DNA of 64,000 nucleotides, taken from Octopus vulgaris. Lineage: Eukaryota. Location of the stretch: positions 12,958,001 to 13,022,000 of the forward strand of contig OX597826.1 in assembly GCA_951406725.2 (NCBI GenBank), given 5' to 3'. The translations under genes were made by a program, and so were the position numbers. The notes beneath the pieces are model-generated. The model saw only the letters and a program-made list of their open reading frames with translations. It made no database searches and was not told the DNA's origin. Below, one piece after another: positions 1-12,009 of the stretch (the stretch's first letter is position 1; each line of letters begins with the position of its first letter).

Positions 1-118
1 AGCAGGAATCAATATCGTGTCGCAATGTCACCTTGCCAAGAGCTTACTAACACTATAATGAGATCACGCACACACACAGGAGTGTATATACATTACATTA
101 CATGCATGCATATATACA

Positions 119-358
119 TATTTCTTTACTACCCACAAGGGGCTAAACATAGAGGGAACAAATAAGAACAGACAAACGGATCAAGTCGATTATATTGACC
201 CCAGTGCGTAACTGGTACTCATTTAATCGACCCCGAAAGGATGAAAGGTGAAGTCGAAAGTCGACCTCGGCGGAATTTGAACTCAGAACGTAGCGGCAGA
301 TGAAATACCGCTAAGCATTTCGCCCGGCGTGCTAACGTTTCTGCCAGCTCACCGCCTT
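119..358 (-). mobile_element. SINE family A copy (~235 bp)
   Basis: Recurrent unit GGCGGCGAGCTGGCAGAAACGTTAGC..GAGTTCAAATTCC (B-box-like)..GCCTTTCATCCTTTCGGGGTCGAT..GTAAAGAAATA. Other copies near 15159, 17677, 21451, 24432, 26743, 35644, 37404, 43378, 49527 and 52820. The central GCCTTTCATCC..GGTCGATAAA..AGTACCAG block resembles the Meta-SINE domain. Confidence 0.85.
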
Positions 359-816
359 ATGCATGCATGCATACATACATACATACATACATACATACAT
401 AATACATACATACATACATAATACATACATACATAATACATACATAATACATACATGCATACATACATACATACATACATACATATTTACATACATACAT
501 GCATACATACATACATATTTACATACATACATACATACATATTTACATACATAATGGGGGAAACGAAATGTGAAGCTCACGAGATACTTTATGTATCCCA
601 GCAATTATTTTAACCATCTTGCATCGGATACAGAGTATCCCATCTTGCGGACGAGATACTGTATTGCATCTTCCGTTGCAGATTCACCTCACCTGATGTC
701 ACCCTCAGATTTGATATAAATGTCATTGAATCTACCTTAGGAATTCCGCAGTGATTGTTGAGTTTATGAAAAAATAAGGGAAACGAAAAATGGAGTTCAC
801 GAGAATCTTTATTCAC

Positions 817-918
817 CACAACGATCGTTTCGACCCATCTTGCATCGGTCCGTTGCGAGTGGGATACTGTACAACAGGTTGTGTCGCATCCTCTGGTGCG
901 GATACATCTCATCAGGTG
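817..918 (-). ncRNA. Type I hammerhead ribozyme motif (Penelope pLTR type)
   Basis: cac CTGATGA GA..(long stem II)..TC GAAAC GATC GTT gtg. Canonical core, palindromic loop 3, 3-bp stem I. Confidence 0.65.
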
Positions 919-1667
919 TCTTGTGTTAAAGAAGCTGCATCTCTAAATATAATCGGTTACACTTGGCATGTTGTTGTTGCCAGCAGGTTGTTGGCTATAA
1001 TAACCAGGGGTGGATGCAATTTTCGGATTAAAACCGGTTAATGGGTTTGGTTAGAGTTCATAGCGAATACATGACAGAGTAAAGTAATAAAGGATAAAAA
1101 ATAGAAAATGATAAAGGATAAGAATTAAAAGATATAATTAAGAAAGATAAGTATACACGCGTTGACATAAACATATATAGACGTACATACACACACTCAC
1201 ATACATACACATACCCCAATGGACTCGTGGACAGACATACCTACGCTCACGCCGTTGAGCAGATGTCGCTGAATACAGTCACAAACAACTAAGATGGTCG
1301 TATTAGAGAAAAATAAAAGATGATAGCGTGAGTATGTGTAGCCACGAAACCACCGGTGTGTTTATATATGTAAGTCTATGTATGTGTTTATGTCAACACG
1401 TATATACTTATCTTTCTTCATATTATCTTTGAATTCTTATCCTTTGTTATTTTTTTATTTTTATCTTTTATGATTTTATTCTATGCCGTGTATTCACTAT
1501 GAACCATAGCCAGATCCACTAACAGGTTCGAACCCGGATATCATATCTAACCCCTGTCATTATAACCAACAACCTACTGGCAACAACAACATGCCAAGTG
1601 TAACCGAATATATATATATATAAATATATATATGTATATATTGCGAGGTAGCTTCTTTAACATAAGA

Positions 1668-1769
1668 CACCTGAAGAGACACATCTACACCGGAGGATGC
1701 AACACAACCGGTTGCACATTATCCCACCAGCAACGGACCAATGCAAGATGGGCCGAAACTGTCACTGTG
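1668..1769 (+). ncRNA. Degenerate hammerhead motif, inverted partner of 817-918
   Basis: cac CTGAAGA GACACATCT..AGATGGGCC GAAAC TGTC ACT gtg. The cleavage triplet has decayed. Confidence 0.5.
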
Positions 1770-2210
1770 GTGATTAAAGATTCTCGTAAACTCCATTTTC
1801 CGTTTCCCGGATCTGTGCGGTTTTCGTCACTGCATGTCGATATCTAAAAAAAAAAAAGATTTTAATGTATCATTGAGATGTAATTTTTGATGCTGAATCC
1901 GAATTTGTTATTCATTTATTCCAGAAAAATTTTGCGAAAATGTTACAGGTGTTCAGAGTTTGATAATTTTCAGCCAATTAGAAAACAGTGCGTTCGTTGC
2001 CTCTTCCATCATCAGTCACAATAGTGAGAAATCGGGGACGGGGGGAGGTACCGGCATGTCACACATTAAACTAGCTACAGTAAACAGTGAAAAACACTAA
2101 AAGAATCGCGAGCAAATTAAATATTTAAAAGGTACGAGCAAACCAACAGGAGTTACTAGAAATAACAGTCAAAATATTGCTTAAAACGGACATTTATTAG
2201 TTTTAAAAAC

Positions 2211-2525
2211 TCAAGAACGAAAGTTTGCAATACACTCTGGGATTTTATGAAATAAATTATCTTTCTCATATCTCCTCCTCATAAATCCACAGACAAGAGT
2301 CAAGAATGGAACGGTGTGTCCCATACGGCGTTTGCTTCCATGCTTTAAAGATGCCCACGTACTCTTAATTTGTTGAGTGTGAGTCCCATCTTTTGAGTTT
2401 ATAAATTCAATGTTATGGTTCACAGTTTTATGTTTGAAATCAAAGCCCACGATTTCTGGAACAAACTTGCCACGGGTCACTGAAGATAGTGGTTCCTGGA
2501 AGAACTGAGTGTCGTATGCAGTCCT
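2211..2525 (-). pseudogene. Merlin/IS1016-like (IS1595 family) DDE transposase remnant
   Basis: CIRHSVLPGTTIFSD, then after a frameshift HKTVNHNIEFINSKDGTHTQQIKSTWASLK. This matches the PGTxIxSD..HxTVNH..GxHTQxIExxW signature. Confidence 0.8.
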
Positions 2526-3372
2526 TGTTTACTCCTTGTGCGCATGCGCAACATCTTCGATTACTATGGAAACAGAGTTCTTCGTAATTAGCTATGGATC
2601 ACCTCGTGCTTCTTTGCTTACTATGCTAACAGAACTTCACAGTGATGTGTAAAATACTCGCTTCTGATTGGATAAAATACCAAATTTTTGCAAATTTTAA
2701 AGGCTAATAATTTTTTAATTATGAACTCATTGGGAAAATGATTTTCATATTCATAATTAGCATACAAAGTTTAATCCATATACCAAATTTGAAAACAATT
2801 TGGGCAAAATTGTAGGCAGTGATGATAACACAAAGTGTTCGGCAAAAGAAACCGATAGAATAAGTACTGGCCGCAGTCAACTGACTGAAACAAGTAAAAG
2901 AGTAAAAGAGTATATGTATCCACGCACACATACGCATGCGCGTAATACATGTTGGTGTATGCTTATACAACTTAATTGTCACAGATGAGAGAAAGAAAAC
3001 GAAAAAATAGTTTATTGTAGGCAGTGATGATAACCCGTTTCCCATATTCATTATAAACTCAACGATCACTGCGGAATTCCTGAGGTAGATCCAGTGACAC
3101 ATATATCGAAACTGTAGATGACTTCAGGTAGCCTGAACAGTGGAAGTGCTTTTATTGGCCTTCTACTAACCGTAAACTTCTACTAACCCAAACTCTAATT
3201 ATATATATATATATAAGTTCAAATAAAGGTTACAAACTTTACAATTAATATTCACCTGTAAGGTATAACTATATATGCCGTGGTTTATATATATTTATTT
3301 ACTACAATAACATAAGAAAATAGAGAGATAATTAATGAATTATCATTTATCAATTAAAGAATTGACAAACAT

Positions 3373-3457
3373 CTCTTACACCTGTTTCAATTCAAGACCT
3401 TCAGAAAGTTAATTAATGAAATAAAAAATTATTTGAAAGTCGAATTTCGTCAGCGGT
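3373..3457 (-). ncRNA. Hammerhead motif with extended stem II and decayed stem I
   Basis: CTGACGA AATTC-GAC-TTTCA..TGAAG-GTC-tt-GAATT GAAAC AGGT GTA. Confidence 0.55.
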
Positions 3458-3572
3458 AGTTTAATAATAAAGTACTGGTGATCCTAAAAGGAAGGTGCAC
3501 ATGTGTGTGTGTATGTGAAAGTGTGTGCGTGTGATAGGGGCTGGTGACTTTAACGTGTGGATATGTGCTTGT

Positions 3573-4296
3573 GTGCAAAACCGCAAATCCCGAGTTGACA
3601 TCTGCTCTTCTCTCCATTCTCGCGAACTCGTTTCACCTTTTTTGGATAGACTTGTGACTGGTGATGAAAAATGGATCTATCGAAATGTTAAACGTCGTAA
3701 ACAGTAGCTTGGTAAAAGGGAAAAAGCTCAACCACAAGCGAGAGGAGAACTTCTCGGAAAAAGGTTCTTCTCTCTATTTGGTGGGATTGCAAAGGAGTAA
3801 TTCACTTTGAATTGTTACCACCTAATGCAACAATCAATGCTCAAGTCTACTGTCGGCAATTAGAGCATTTGAACTAAGCTTTGAAGAAGAAAATACCCGC
3901 TTTAGTGAATCGAAAAGTAGTTATGGGCAATGCGCGACCCCACACTGCAAAGATCACATCACAGAAGATCAAACAGCCTGGTTAGGAAAAAATTCCTCAT
4001 CCACCATATTCTCCCGACCTTGCTCCTTCAGACTACCATTTGTTTCATAGTTTACAGAATCATTTGGAGGACATAACTTTCGTAAACCAGGAGGTCGAAA
4101 CTGACATTTCAGAGTTCTTCGCTTTGCAACCAAAAGAGTTTTACATTGATGTGATTAAAAAGCTTGTAAATAGATGGAAGGAAGTAATAGATAATCAGGG
4201 AAAGTACATTGATGATTAAATTTCAAATAAATATAACATTTGATCACTTGTTTTCTTTATTCAAAATTCGGACAGAACTTATGGGATAATCTGATA
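3573..4296 (+). mobile_element. Mariner transposon, 5'-truncated and defective, with 3' TIR
   Basis: FLDRLVTGDEKWI, IWWDCKGVIHFELLP, NARPH and HPPYSPDLAPSDYHLF motifs with stops and frameshifts; stop at 4217-4219. The 3' TIR (CGGACAGAACTTATGGGATAATCTGA) runs into a TA tract. Confidence 0.92.
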
Positions 4297-4301
4297 TATA
4301 T

Positions 4302-4336
<35 letters not shown>

Positions 4337-4337
4337 A

Positions 4338-4394
<57 letters not shown>

Positions 4395-4524
4395 CGTACG
4401 TACGTACGTATGTACGTATGTATGTATGTATGTATGTATACCAGAGTAAGCACATGAATGCGAAACAAGGTAAAAATAGTAGTACTCGAATATGCTTTAT
4501 TAAAAAAGCGGCAAGAATATCACA

Positions 4525-4570
4525 AAAACTGTTACTCAGAGTTTCACGTTCCCGTTCGTCGCACAGTTTT
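4525..4570 (-). ncRNA. Compact type I hammerhead motif with mutated core
   Basis: AAAACTGT gcGACGA ACG GGAA CGT GAAAC TCTGA GTA ACAGTTTT. 8-bp stem I, GNRA-capped stem II and GUA cleavage triplet; the first two core positions are non-canonical. Confidence 0.6.
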
Positions 4571-5924
4571 GTTTAGAATGGAGCAAAATATGGTTATACG
4601 CATAAATAAACAACTGCTTTGATAGATACATATTTGAAAATAGCTTTGTTTCATTGGTCCTTTCAACTAACGGTCTTTTCAATTACCAGTTGTATGAAAT
4701 TACAATTACGGTTTAAAATCATATTATTATAAAAATCGAAGGAAACCTGAAATCAAAAATAGTTTATGTAGACGGAAAAAGACCTGAATGCCTAGGGTAA
4801 AGAATTAGTGGTAAAAAATAATAATAAATTTAAATAAATTAAAGGCTTTACCCATTTAAAAAAAACTTTCACAAAGAACTAACATTCTAAAATACATATA
4901 CATTTTGCAATATATAAATGTACCAAACAACCTATAGATACGTATATACGCTAAACATACAGGCGTTGGTACAGGGCTACGTACATATACAGACAGATAT
5001 AGGTAAAACATAAATATATACAAATGCATATATATGTATCCACGCACACATACGCATGCGCGTAATACATCTTGGTGTATGCTTATACAACTTAGTTGTC
5101 ACAGATAAGAGAAAGAAAACGAAAAATATAGAGAATAAGAAGTGGTGGAAGAAAGAAAAATGTATATGTAAATGTATATATGTATGTGTGTGTTTGTGTG
5201 TCTGTGTTTGTTCCCCCAACATCGCTTGACAACCGATGCTGGTGTGTTTACGTCCCCGTAACTTAGCGGTTCGGCAAAAGAGACCGATAGAATAAGTACT
5301 AAGCTTACAAAGAATAAGTCCCGGGGTCGATTTGCTCGAGGTATGCTGTAGAATTTCTATTTTGGATATATTTGGGGTACTTGAGTGTACTCATGACTTA
5401 GTGTTTACTTCTTCCGTGGGTACGAGTATCTCATTTATTTTCTTATCGTATTTATCGCTGATGACGAGAAAATTCTAAATGAATCAACTCAGAAATCGGG
5501 GCCGATTCGATAATAACGAAATTTTTTAGAAATTTCTGTCAGCTTGCTATCGAGACGCGCGCTTATAGTCATAAATTATATGGTTATTGACGATTAAGTC
5601 TATTTTCGTCATATTTGGCATTGGATTTTTTTTTCTTTTGCCCTTGTTTATAAGTTGTATATATATACATACACAAACTCTTTTACTTTTTACTTTTTAT
5701 TTTCACACACGAGAAATACCTAAAACTAGACTTGGTATACCATAAGAATACTGCCGGCTATTTGGAAATTCTAAGGGTGAACGAGCTCTATTTGTACTCT
5801 TATATGTTTTTAACAGAACACACCTCAACTGACTATATTTATATGTGTATATGTATATGTATATATTACGGAGATGTACTTGCATAGCGAGTGACTTGAT
5901 CTGAGATCGTGTGCTGGAACGAAA

Positions 5925-6189
5925 ACAATTGCAGCGTGGAAGTTGTTTATAAGCCATTTAAGAAACACACAAAACCGTTAGATTCACTTCAACATATATA
6001 TTTAATTTGTCAAAATATGTTCGTCGCTTTGAGGCCGCGACCTGTTCACACGAAGTTTTTTCAGGGAACAGGTCGCGGTCTGAAAGCGACGAAAATATTT
6101 TGACAAATTAAATATATATGTTGAAGTGAATCTAACGGTTTGTGTGTGTTTCTTAAATGGTTTATAAACACCTTCCACGCTGCAATTGT
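5925..6189. repeat. Near-perfect fold-back (arms ~123 bp, 18-nt spacer)
   Basis: ACAATTGCAGCGTGGAAG..CGCGACCTGTTC pairs with GAACAGGTCGCG..CTTCCACGCTGCAATTGT. Confidence 0.92.
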
Positions 6190-6221
6190 ATATGTATAAA
6201 CTGAAAGTCTGTAATAGTGGG

Positions 6222-6698
6222 TACTCTACTCTTTACTCTTGTACTCGTTTCAGTCATTTGTCTGTGGCCATGCTGGAGCATCGCCTTTAGTCGAGCAAAT
6301 CGACCTGAGGACTTATTCTTTGTAAGCTTAGTACTTATTTGTAAGCTTAGTAGTTATTCTATCGGTCTCTTTTGCCGAACTGCTAGCTTACGGGGACGTA
6401 AACACACCAGCATCGGTTGTCAAGCGATGTTGGTGGGGGGGGACAAACACAGACACACAAACATACACACACACACACACACATGCACACGCGCTGTGAC
6501 CTCGTCTGTACCACTGGCGATTTTTTTCCTCTGTCTTCCCTTCTCTGGATCTTTCCTTCTCCTATGTTTCCGACGAAGAGCTCCACTCGAAACGTTAAAC
6601 CCTCCTTCTTCCCTTCTTTCCTGAGCGTCCAATAATACTTTATTTGTTCCACGTCCTTGCTTTGTAGTGTTTTTTGTTTTCTTGTTTGGATTAACTAT

Positions 6699-6755
<57 letters not shown>

Positions 6756-6920
6756 TATACGAAAGTCTTCTTTCAGTTTCCGTCTACCAAATACACTCAC
6801 AAGGCTTTGGTCGGCCCGAGGATATTGTAGAAGATACTTGCTCAAGATGCGATGCAGTGGGACTGAACCCGGAACCATGTGGTTGGTAAGCAAGCTACTT
6901 ACCACACAGCCGCTCCTACG
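6222..6920 (-). mobile_element. SINE family B copy, interrupted by a Penelope-like fragment (~6490-6700)
   Basis: tRNA-like head GGAGTGGCTGTGTGGTAAG..GGTTCAGTCCC, CORE-like CCTTGGGCAAGT (family consensus), internal TA/TG microsatellite and tail GGCGGTGCTCCAGCATGGCC..AAGTAAAAGAG. Other copies near 23737, 36836, 38141, 38535, 41341, 42150, 46269, 51235, 53515, 54414 and 55395. Confidence 0.85.
6566..6600 (+). ncRNA. Minimal hammerhead-like motif (loopless stem III)
   Basis: GTTT CCGACGA A GAG CTCCA CTC GAAACGTT AAAC. Related copies at 9504-9539 (+) and 25438-25471 (-). Confidence 0.5.
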
Positions 6921-7155
6921 GGTACACAAAGTTAATATTTTTTTCTCTGCATGCAATCTTGTATGCACTTGTCTATACTGGTAGGTAGCGTCTCGATTGT
7001 GTGAGCAATGCACAAGTAAAGGGGGACGAGTGGTAGGTTAGTACTATATGTTTATCATCAGAAGAGGACTGAAGTATTTTGTATTTATAAAGAAATTTGA
7101 CCCTATGATGTCAAGACTTAATCTCATGTGTGTATGCGTGTGTGTGTGTGTGTGT

Positions 7156-7209
<54 letters not shown>

Positions 7210-7646
7210 AATCTATTGTCAAAATAATTTTTCTTTTTTTCTTTTTCTATTTAGAGAAAATAGTTTAATGTTTTTTAAGGATGGCTATTTGGAGAATTAA
7301 TGTGGAATTATTTGCCATTTGTTTTGCAGTATATGTGTGTGTGTGTGGGGGGGGGGGTATATTGTCAAAGTATTTTTCTTTTTATATTTTTTCTATTGAG
7401 GGGATGTGGTCAGTAGTTCTAACCAGCTGTGTGTACGTGTGTGTGTGTGCGTATGCGTAGTGATTGTATGTGGGTGGGGGCAACAGATCCTTATTTGTTG
7501 ATTGATAGTGGGTCTTGAGATATTTAGTAGCGGTTTTAAATTTGGAAAAGGGTTTGGTGTGTGTGTACGTTTGAACTTTTTGTTTTATGCAGTGTGTGTG
7601 TGTTGTTTTGTATAAATATACATACATACATACATATACATACATG

Positions 7647-7726
<80 letters not shown>

Positions 7727-7728
<2 letters not shown>

Positions 7729-9187
7729 ACTTAGATAACTTAGATTGGTTTCGGCTATTATCGGTCCACGCCATGACTAACTCAATAGCATCACATGGAA
7801 AAGTCTTTTAGTTAATTATTTCGGGACACCATGGACCACTCGAACAGAGAGTTGTTGTTGGTTGAAACGTATCCAGGTGTAGGTGGTTTATCCGGTATTT
7901 CTTGGAGGAATTTGTCCAGGTACCGTTTGAAAGTTGTGGGGTCTTTTTGTACTTTAATTTTTTGGGGGGACATTGAAAAGTGCAGGACGATTTGTAGTAA
8001 AGAAATGGTGTCGCAATGTTCTTATGTGATGTGATCTCGACCTTTGTAGGGGACGCATTGCACGGGGGACTAGTCTTGGGCGAATTGTAAACATAATGCC
8101 ATTATCATTTGGATAATATAGGTGAAATATTTTCCACATGGTGAAAATAATATATCGCTCACGGCGGCATTGCAGAGAATAGAGCTTCAGTTGTTTAAGT
8201 CGAGCCCAGTAATCAAGTTCCATCATGCTATTTATTTATTTATTGTGATTGATCTTTGTGGTGCTTCGATCTTTTTTATATTTTGTTTTGTTTTTTTGTT
8301 TTTTGTTCTTGTAGGGGGACCACAATGGGCAGCAGTATTCGAGGTGAGGCCTAGTGAATGTGGAGAAGAAAAGTATGATGGTTTCAAGTTATGAGGATCC
8401 ATGAGCACATTCTGCGGGCAACATCAACTTTTTTGTTGATGTGCACACTCCAACTAAGATTGATGTCGACAGTTACACCTAAGTCTCTGATATTATCCGA
8501 CGGTTTAAGTTGGTCTCCCCACGGTAGTGTATATGGTTGTTTGAATGTGCCATTTCTTCCAATGTGGATGAGCAAAAATTTTTCTTCGTTCAAATGCATA
8601 TTGTTTTATTGTGACCACTGAGTTACTGCTCATAGGTCCGATTGAAGCATTGTTCGATCGTATGCTCCCTTAACGACTTCCTGGAGCTTAGAGTCATCTG
8701 CAAATATTTTTATGGCGCTAAGTTCAATGGAACCTGCAATGTCATTGATATAGACAATAAAAAGAAGTGGGCCCAGCACAGTACCTTGCGGGACTCCGCT
8801 GATGACTTTTGCTGGTCTTGAGTGGATGCCATCAATCACAACTCGCTGGGTCCTGTTTGTTAGGAAATACCTAATCCTTTGAAGTAGCTTTGCACCGACT
8901 CCAGCGTCGGATAATTTCTTTAACAGTATATTGTGGTCGACTCTACCAAAGGCCTTACAGAAATCAAGGTATATAACACCCGCGCTGGAGCCCTCACTTA
9001 GTGCATTTAAGATGTCATCAAAGTGGTGGAGGTGCTGTGTTAGACAGCCCCTTCCACTACGAAAACCATGCTGGTTGCAATTTAGGAGATGATTTTGTTC
9101 TAAGAAGGCTGTTATTCTTGATCTCAACACTCTCTCAAATTCTTTGATGATATGTGCGGTGAGTGAGATTGGACGGTAGTTTCCAGG
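7727..9187 (-). mobile_element. CR1-like LINE, 5'-truncated, with RT domain and 3' tail
   Basis: NYRPISLT, QHGFRSGR, YLDFCKAF, SGVPQGTVLGPLLF, IFADDSKL and YWARLKQLKLYSLQCRRERY motifs, with frameshifts. The tail ends in CTAAGTTAT-type repeats. Confidence 0.92.
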
Positions 9188-9191
9188 TATT

Positions 9192-9229
<38 letters not shown>

Positions 9230-9503
9230 ATCACAACACACACACCAGCACTGACCACTTCCCAGACCCACATTTTCACACCTACACATACACACACTCA
9301 CACGTCAAGATCACCAACCCTCTCCCACACGCACATACAATCTATCTTATACACACGCGCACCTTAGTTTTGGGATCACCACTACTTTATTATCACCCCT
9401 TCTCTCTAGCTCTCCTGTGTGACCCATCTGCCCGACATTCGCCATGATAGATCACTAGCCACTACACATTCTTTATTTTCTCTCCTTGTTTCTTTCTGTG
9501 TCC

Positions 9504-9539
9504 CTTTCTGTGGAAGAGCGTAGGCTCGAAACGTTAAAG
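9504..9539 (+). ncRNA. Minimal hammerhead-like motif
   Basis: CTTT CTGTGGA A GAGC GTAG GCTC GAAACGTT AAAG. Stems I and II differ in sequence from 6566-6600 but remain paired. Confidence 0.45.
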
Positions 9540-9635
9540 ATTTTTTCACTTCCCGAGCGTTATACTAATACATCTGTTTGTTGTCTACGCCACCTGTCTT
9601 CGTCTTTTGTTTTTTTATGAATTCTCCTTATATAC

Positions 9636-9797
<162 letters not shown>

Positions 9798-11287
9798 CAG
9801 TGGCGACTCCGACACTCGGGTTGTTTGGGCTTAGCCCCAGTATAAATTCAATAAAGTGAACGCGTATTTTCAAGCTGATTTAATTTCTGTCAACACTGAC
9901 TTCTAGCATGTAATTACAACCAATAACTCGAGTTCCTTTTATATTGAGCCTGGTTGCAGTTCATTTATTTTCGTTCAGCGTCTAGTGGTCGTCTTAGAGA
10001 TGCCTTGTGTCAAAAATATCATTTGTGGTGGACGTTCTTTCGACATCGTTCACACTCACCTGGCTCGTACTCAGAAGTTACAGCCCGAGTTATAATCGTT
10101 AAAAAGTAATTCAAATTTAATGTTTTTCTTGAAACAATAAATTTCTATAGAGATTAGGATTTAAATTCCAATCTATGAAAAGTCTCAGTTCTACAATATT
10201 CTTAAAGAAAGGAAAAATTACCCAGCAACTCGGGCTAATACGAACGAGCCTGGTAGGTGTAAAGGACTAACTGGCATCTCTTGTCAAGATGACAGGTGAC
10301 AGTCAGATCACTGATGTGTGTTGTGCACTCCACTGTCATTATTTGATTGCTGTTAATCGTTGTTATTATTATTATTGTGATTGTGATTGTAAATCTTCAT
10401 AGTATATTGTTCATTGATTCTAATATTTTTGCACCTTTATTTAATTTTGGGGTTGAAAAGTTTTCGTGCGTCTGTGTGTAAAGATCAGTTGTGTTTTGCA
10501 GGGTTCTTTTATTTTTACCCTAAACTTAGAAACAGAGAAAGACATAGTACTCGATTTAAAAAATAAGCAATTTGGGGCTAGAAATATTGCGGAAAAAACA
10601 TAATATATATATATATTAATACATTTAAAATCCAGATAGATTGATTTAATCGTTGAACTTAGTAACTTAGTTTGCTTATCAATATTATTTAGATCTTATT
10701 ATTTTGAGTTTGATCGTTGTTATTATTATTATTGTTATTGACTGGTGATTGTGATTGTAAATCTTCATAGTGTATTGTTCATTGATTCTAATATTTTTGC
10801 ACCTTTCATTAATTTTGGGGCTGAAAAGTTTTCTTACTTTCCATTAACAAATAATTCTCGCCATTATATCATTTTTATATATATTGATAGATATGTTACG
10901 ATAGATATTAATTCTTATATCTATTTTTTCTTAAATATATCTATATATATAAAGGGATCTAACGTATTACATTTAAGTTAATTTGAGAATTAGTTCCGTC
11001 AGACAATATATTATTTAATTATTAGGTGGCATATTTATTATGTAATATTAAATTTTAAGTTAATTAGGTATTATATTGATATTTAGTCAACTATGTTATA
11101 GATTGGTATATTAAATCTATAGATACTGCACATGTATATTAATTATATAGTTAGCTTATTTAATGAGTTTGTCTATATTTGAACCATTTCTTATTTTGAT
11201 TAAAATTTAATGACTTATACTAGCATTGTGTATTTTAATTAATTTTAAAGTATTTAATAATTTAAGCATTGTTTTAGTTTTCACTTA

Positions 11288-11351
<64 letters not shown>

Positions 11352-11393
11352 GTATATTTATTAATAAGTTATCTTATTATTCTAGTTTATTTT

Positions 11394-11482
11394 TAACCTG
11401 ATGAGTGGCTATATTTATATCGAAGTGATTTTACTACTACTATAATCATTTCTTAAATATAGCCACGAAACACGTGTCGTTA
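11394..11482 (+). ncRNA. Type I hammerhead ribozyme, intact core
   Basis: TAAC CTGATGA GTGGCTATATTTA..GAAGTGATT..AATCATTTC.TAAATATAGCCAC GAAAC ACGT GTC GTTA. All core residues, GUC triplet and palindromic ACGT loop 3 are present. Confidence 0.8.
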
Positions 11483-12009
11483 TTCTACCAATTATATACG
11501 TTTTTATTATTTTCTTTTTTTGCAATTTACTTAATCATTGATATTTTATTGTTATTTTAATTTTAATATTTCTATTATATGTAATTTTCTAGATGGTGAA
11601 ATTTAATTGTTCATTTTGAATTGATAAAAGGTGTTTTTTTTTCTAATTTTTTTATATGTATTATATTGTGTGAAATTTGATTCAGTATTTTTAAATTTAA
11701 TTTTTTTTCCCTGTAAGTTTGGATTTATATTCCCTCAAATAATTTATATATATATATATATATATATCTTTTAGCTTTTATTTGTTATAGTTACTCGGTT
11801 GCAGCCATGCTGGATTACATACATACATATTCATACACAAACAGATTGACAGACATAGGGAGATAATCAGGAAGTGAGAGAAAAGGTGAGATGATGCAAT
11901 GGATCGTACCGATTAAAAAAAGAATTTTAATGGCGCGATCCCAGAAAGTAGGGCTGCAAATAAGAGTCTTTATTATATCCATCCGATAAAATCAACATTA
12001 TCTCTCATA

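Noticed and set aside
332-604. ORFs rich in YI/HT/CV/LS repeats, here and throughout the track
   Set aside because: They are translations of microsatellites and SINEs, with no splice or homology support.
5455-5560. CTGATGA followed by a long stem and GAGACGCGCG
   Set aside because: No GAAA is positioned after stem II, and the CTGA is itself paired in the hairpin. At best a badly decayed hammerhead.
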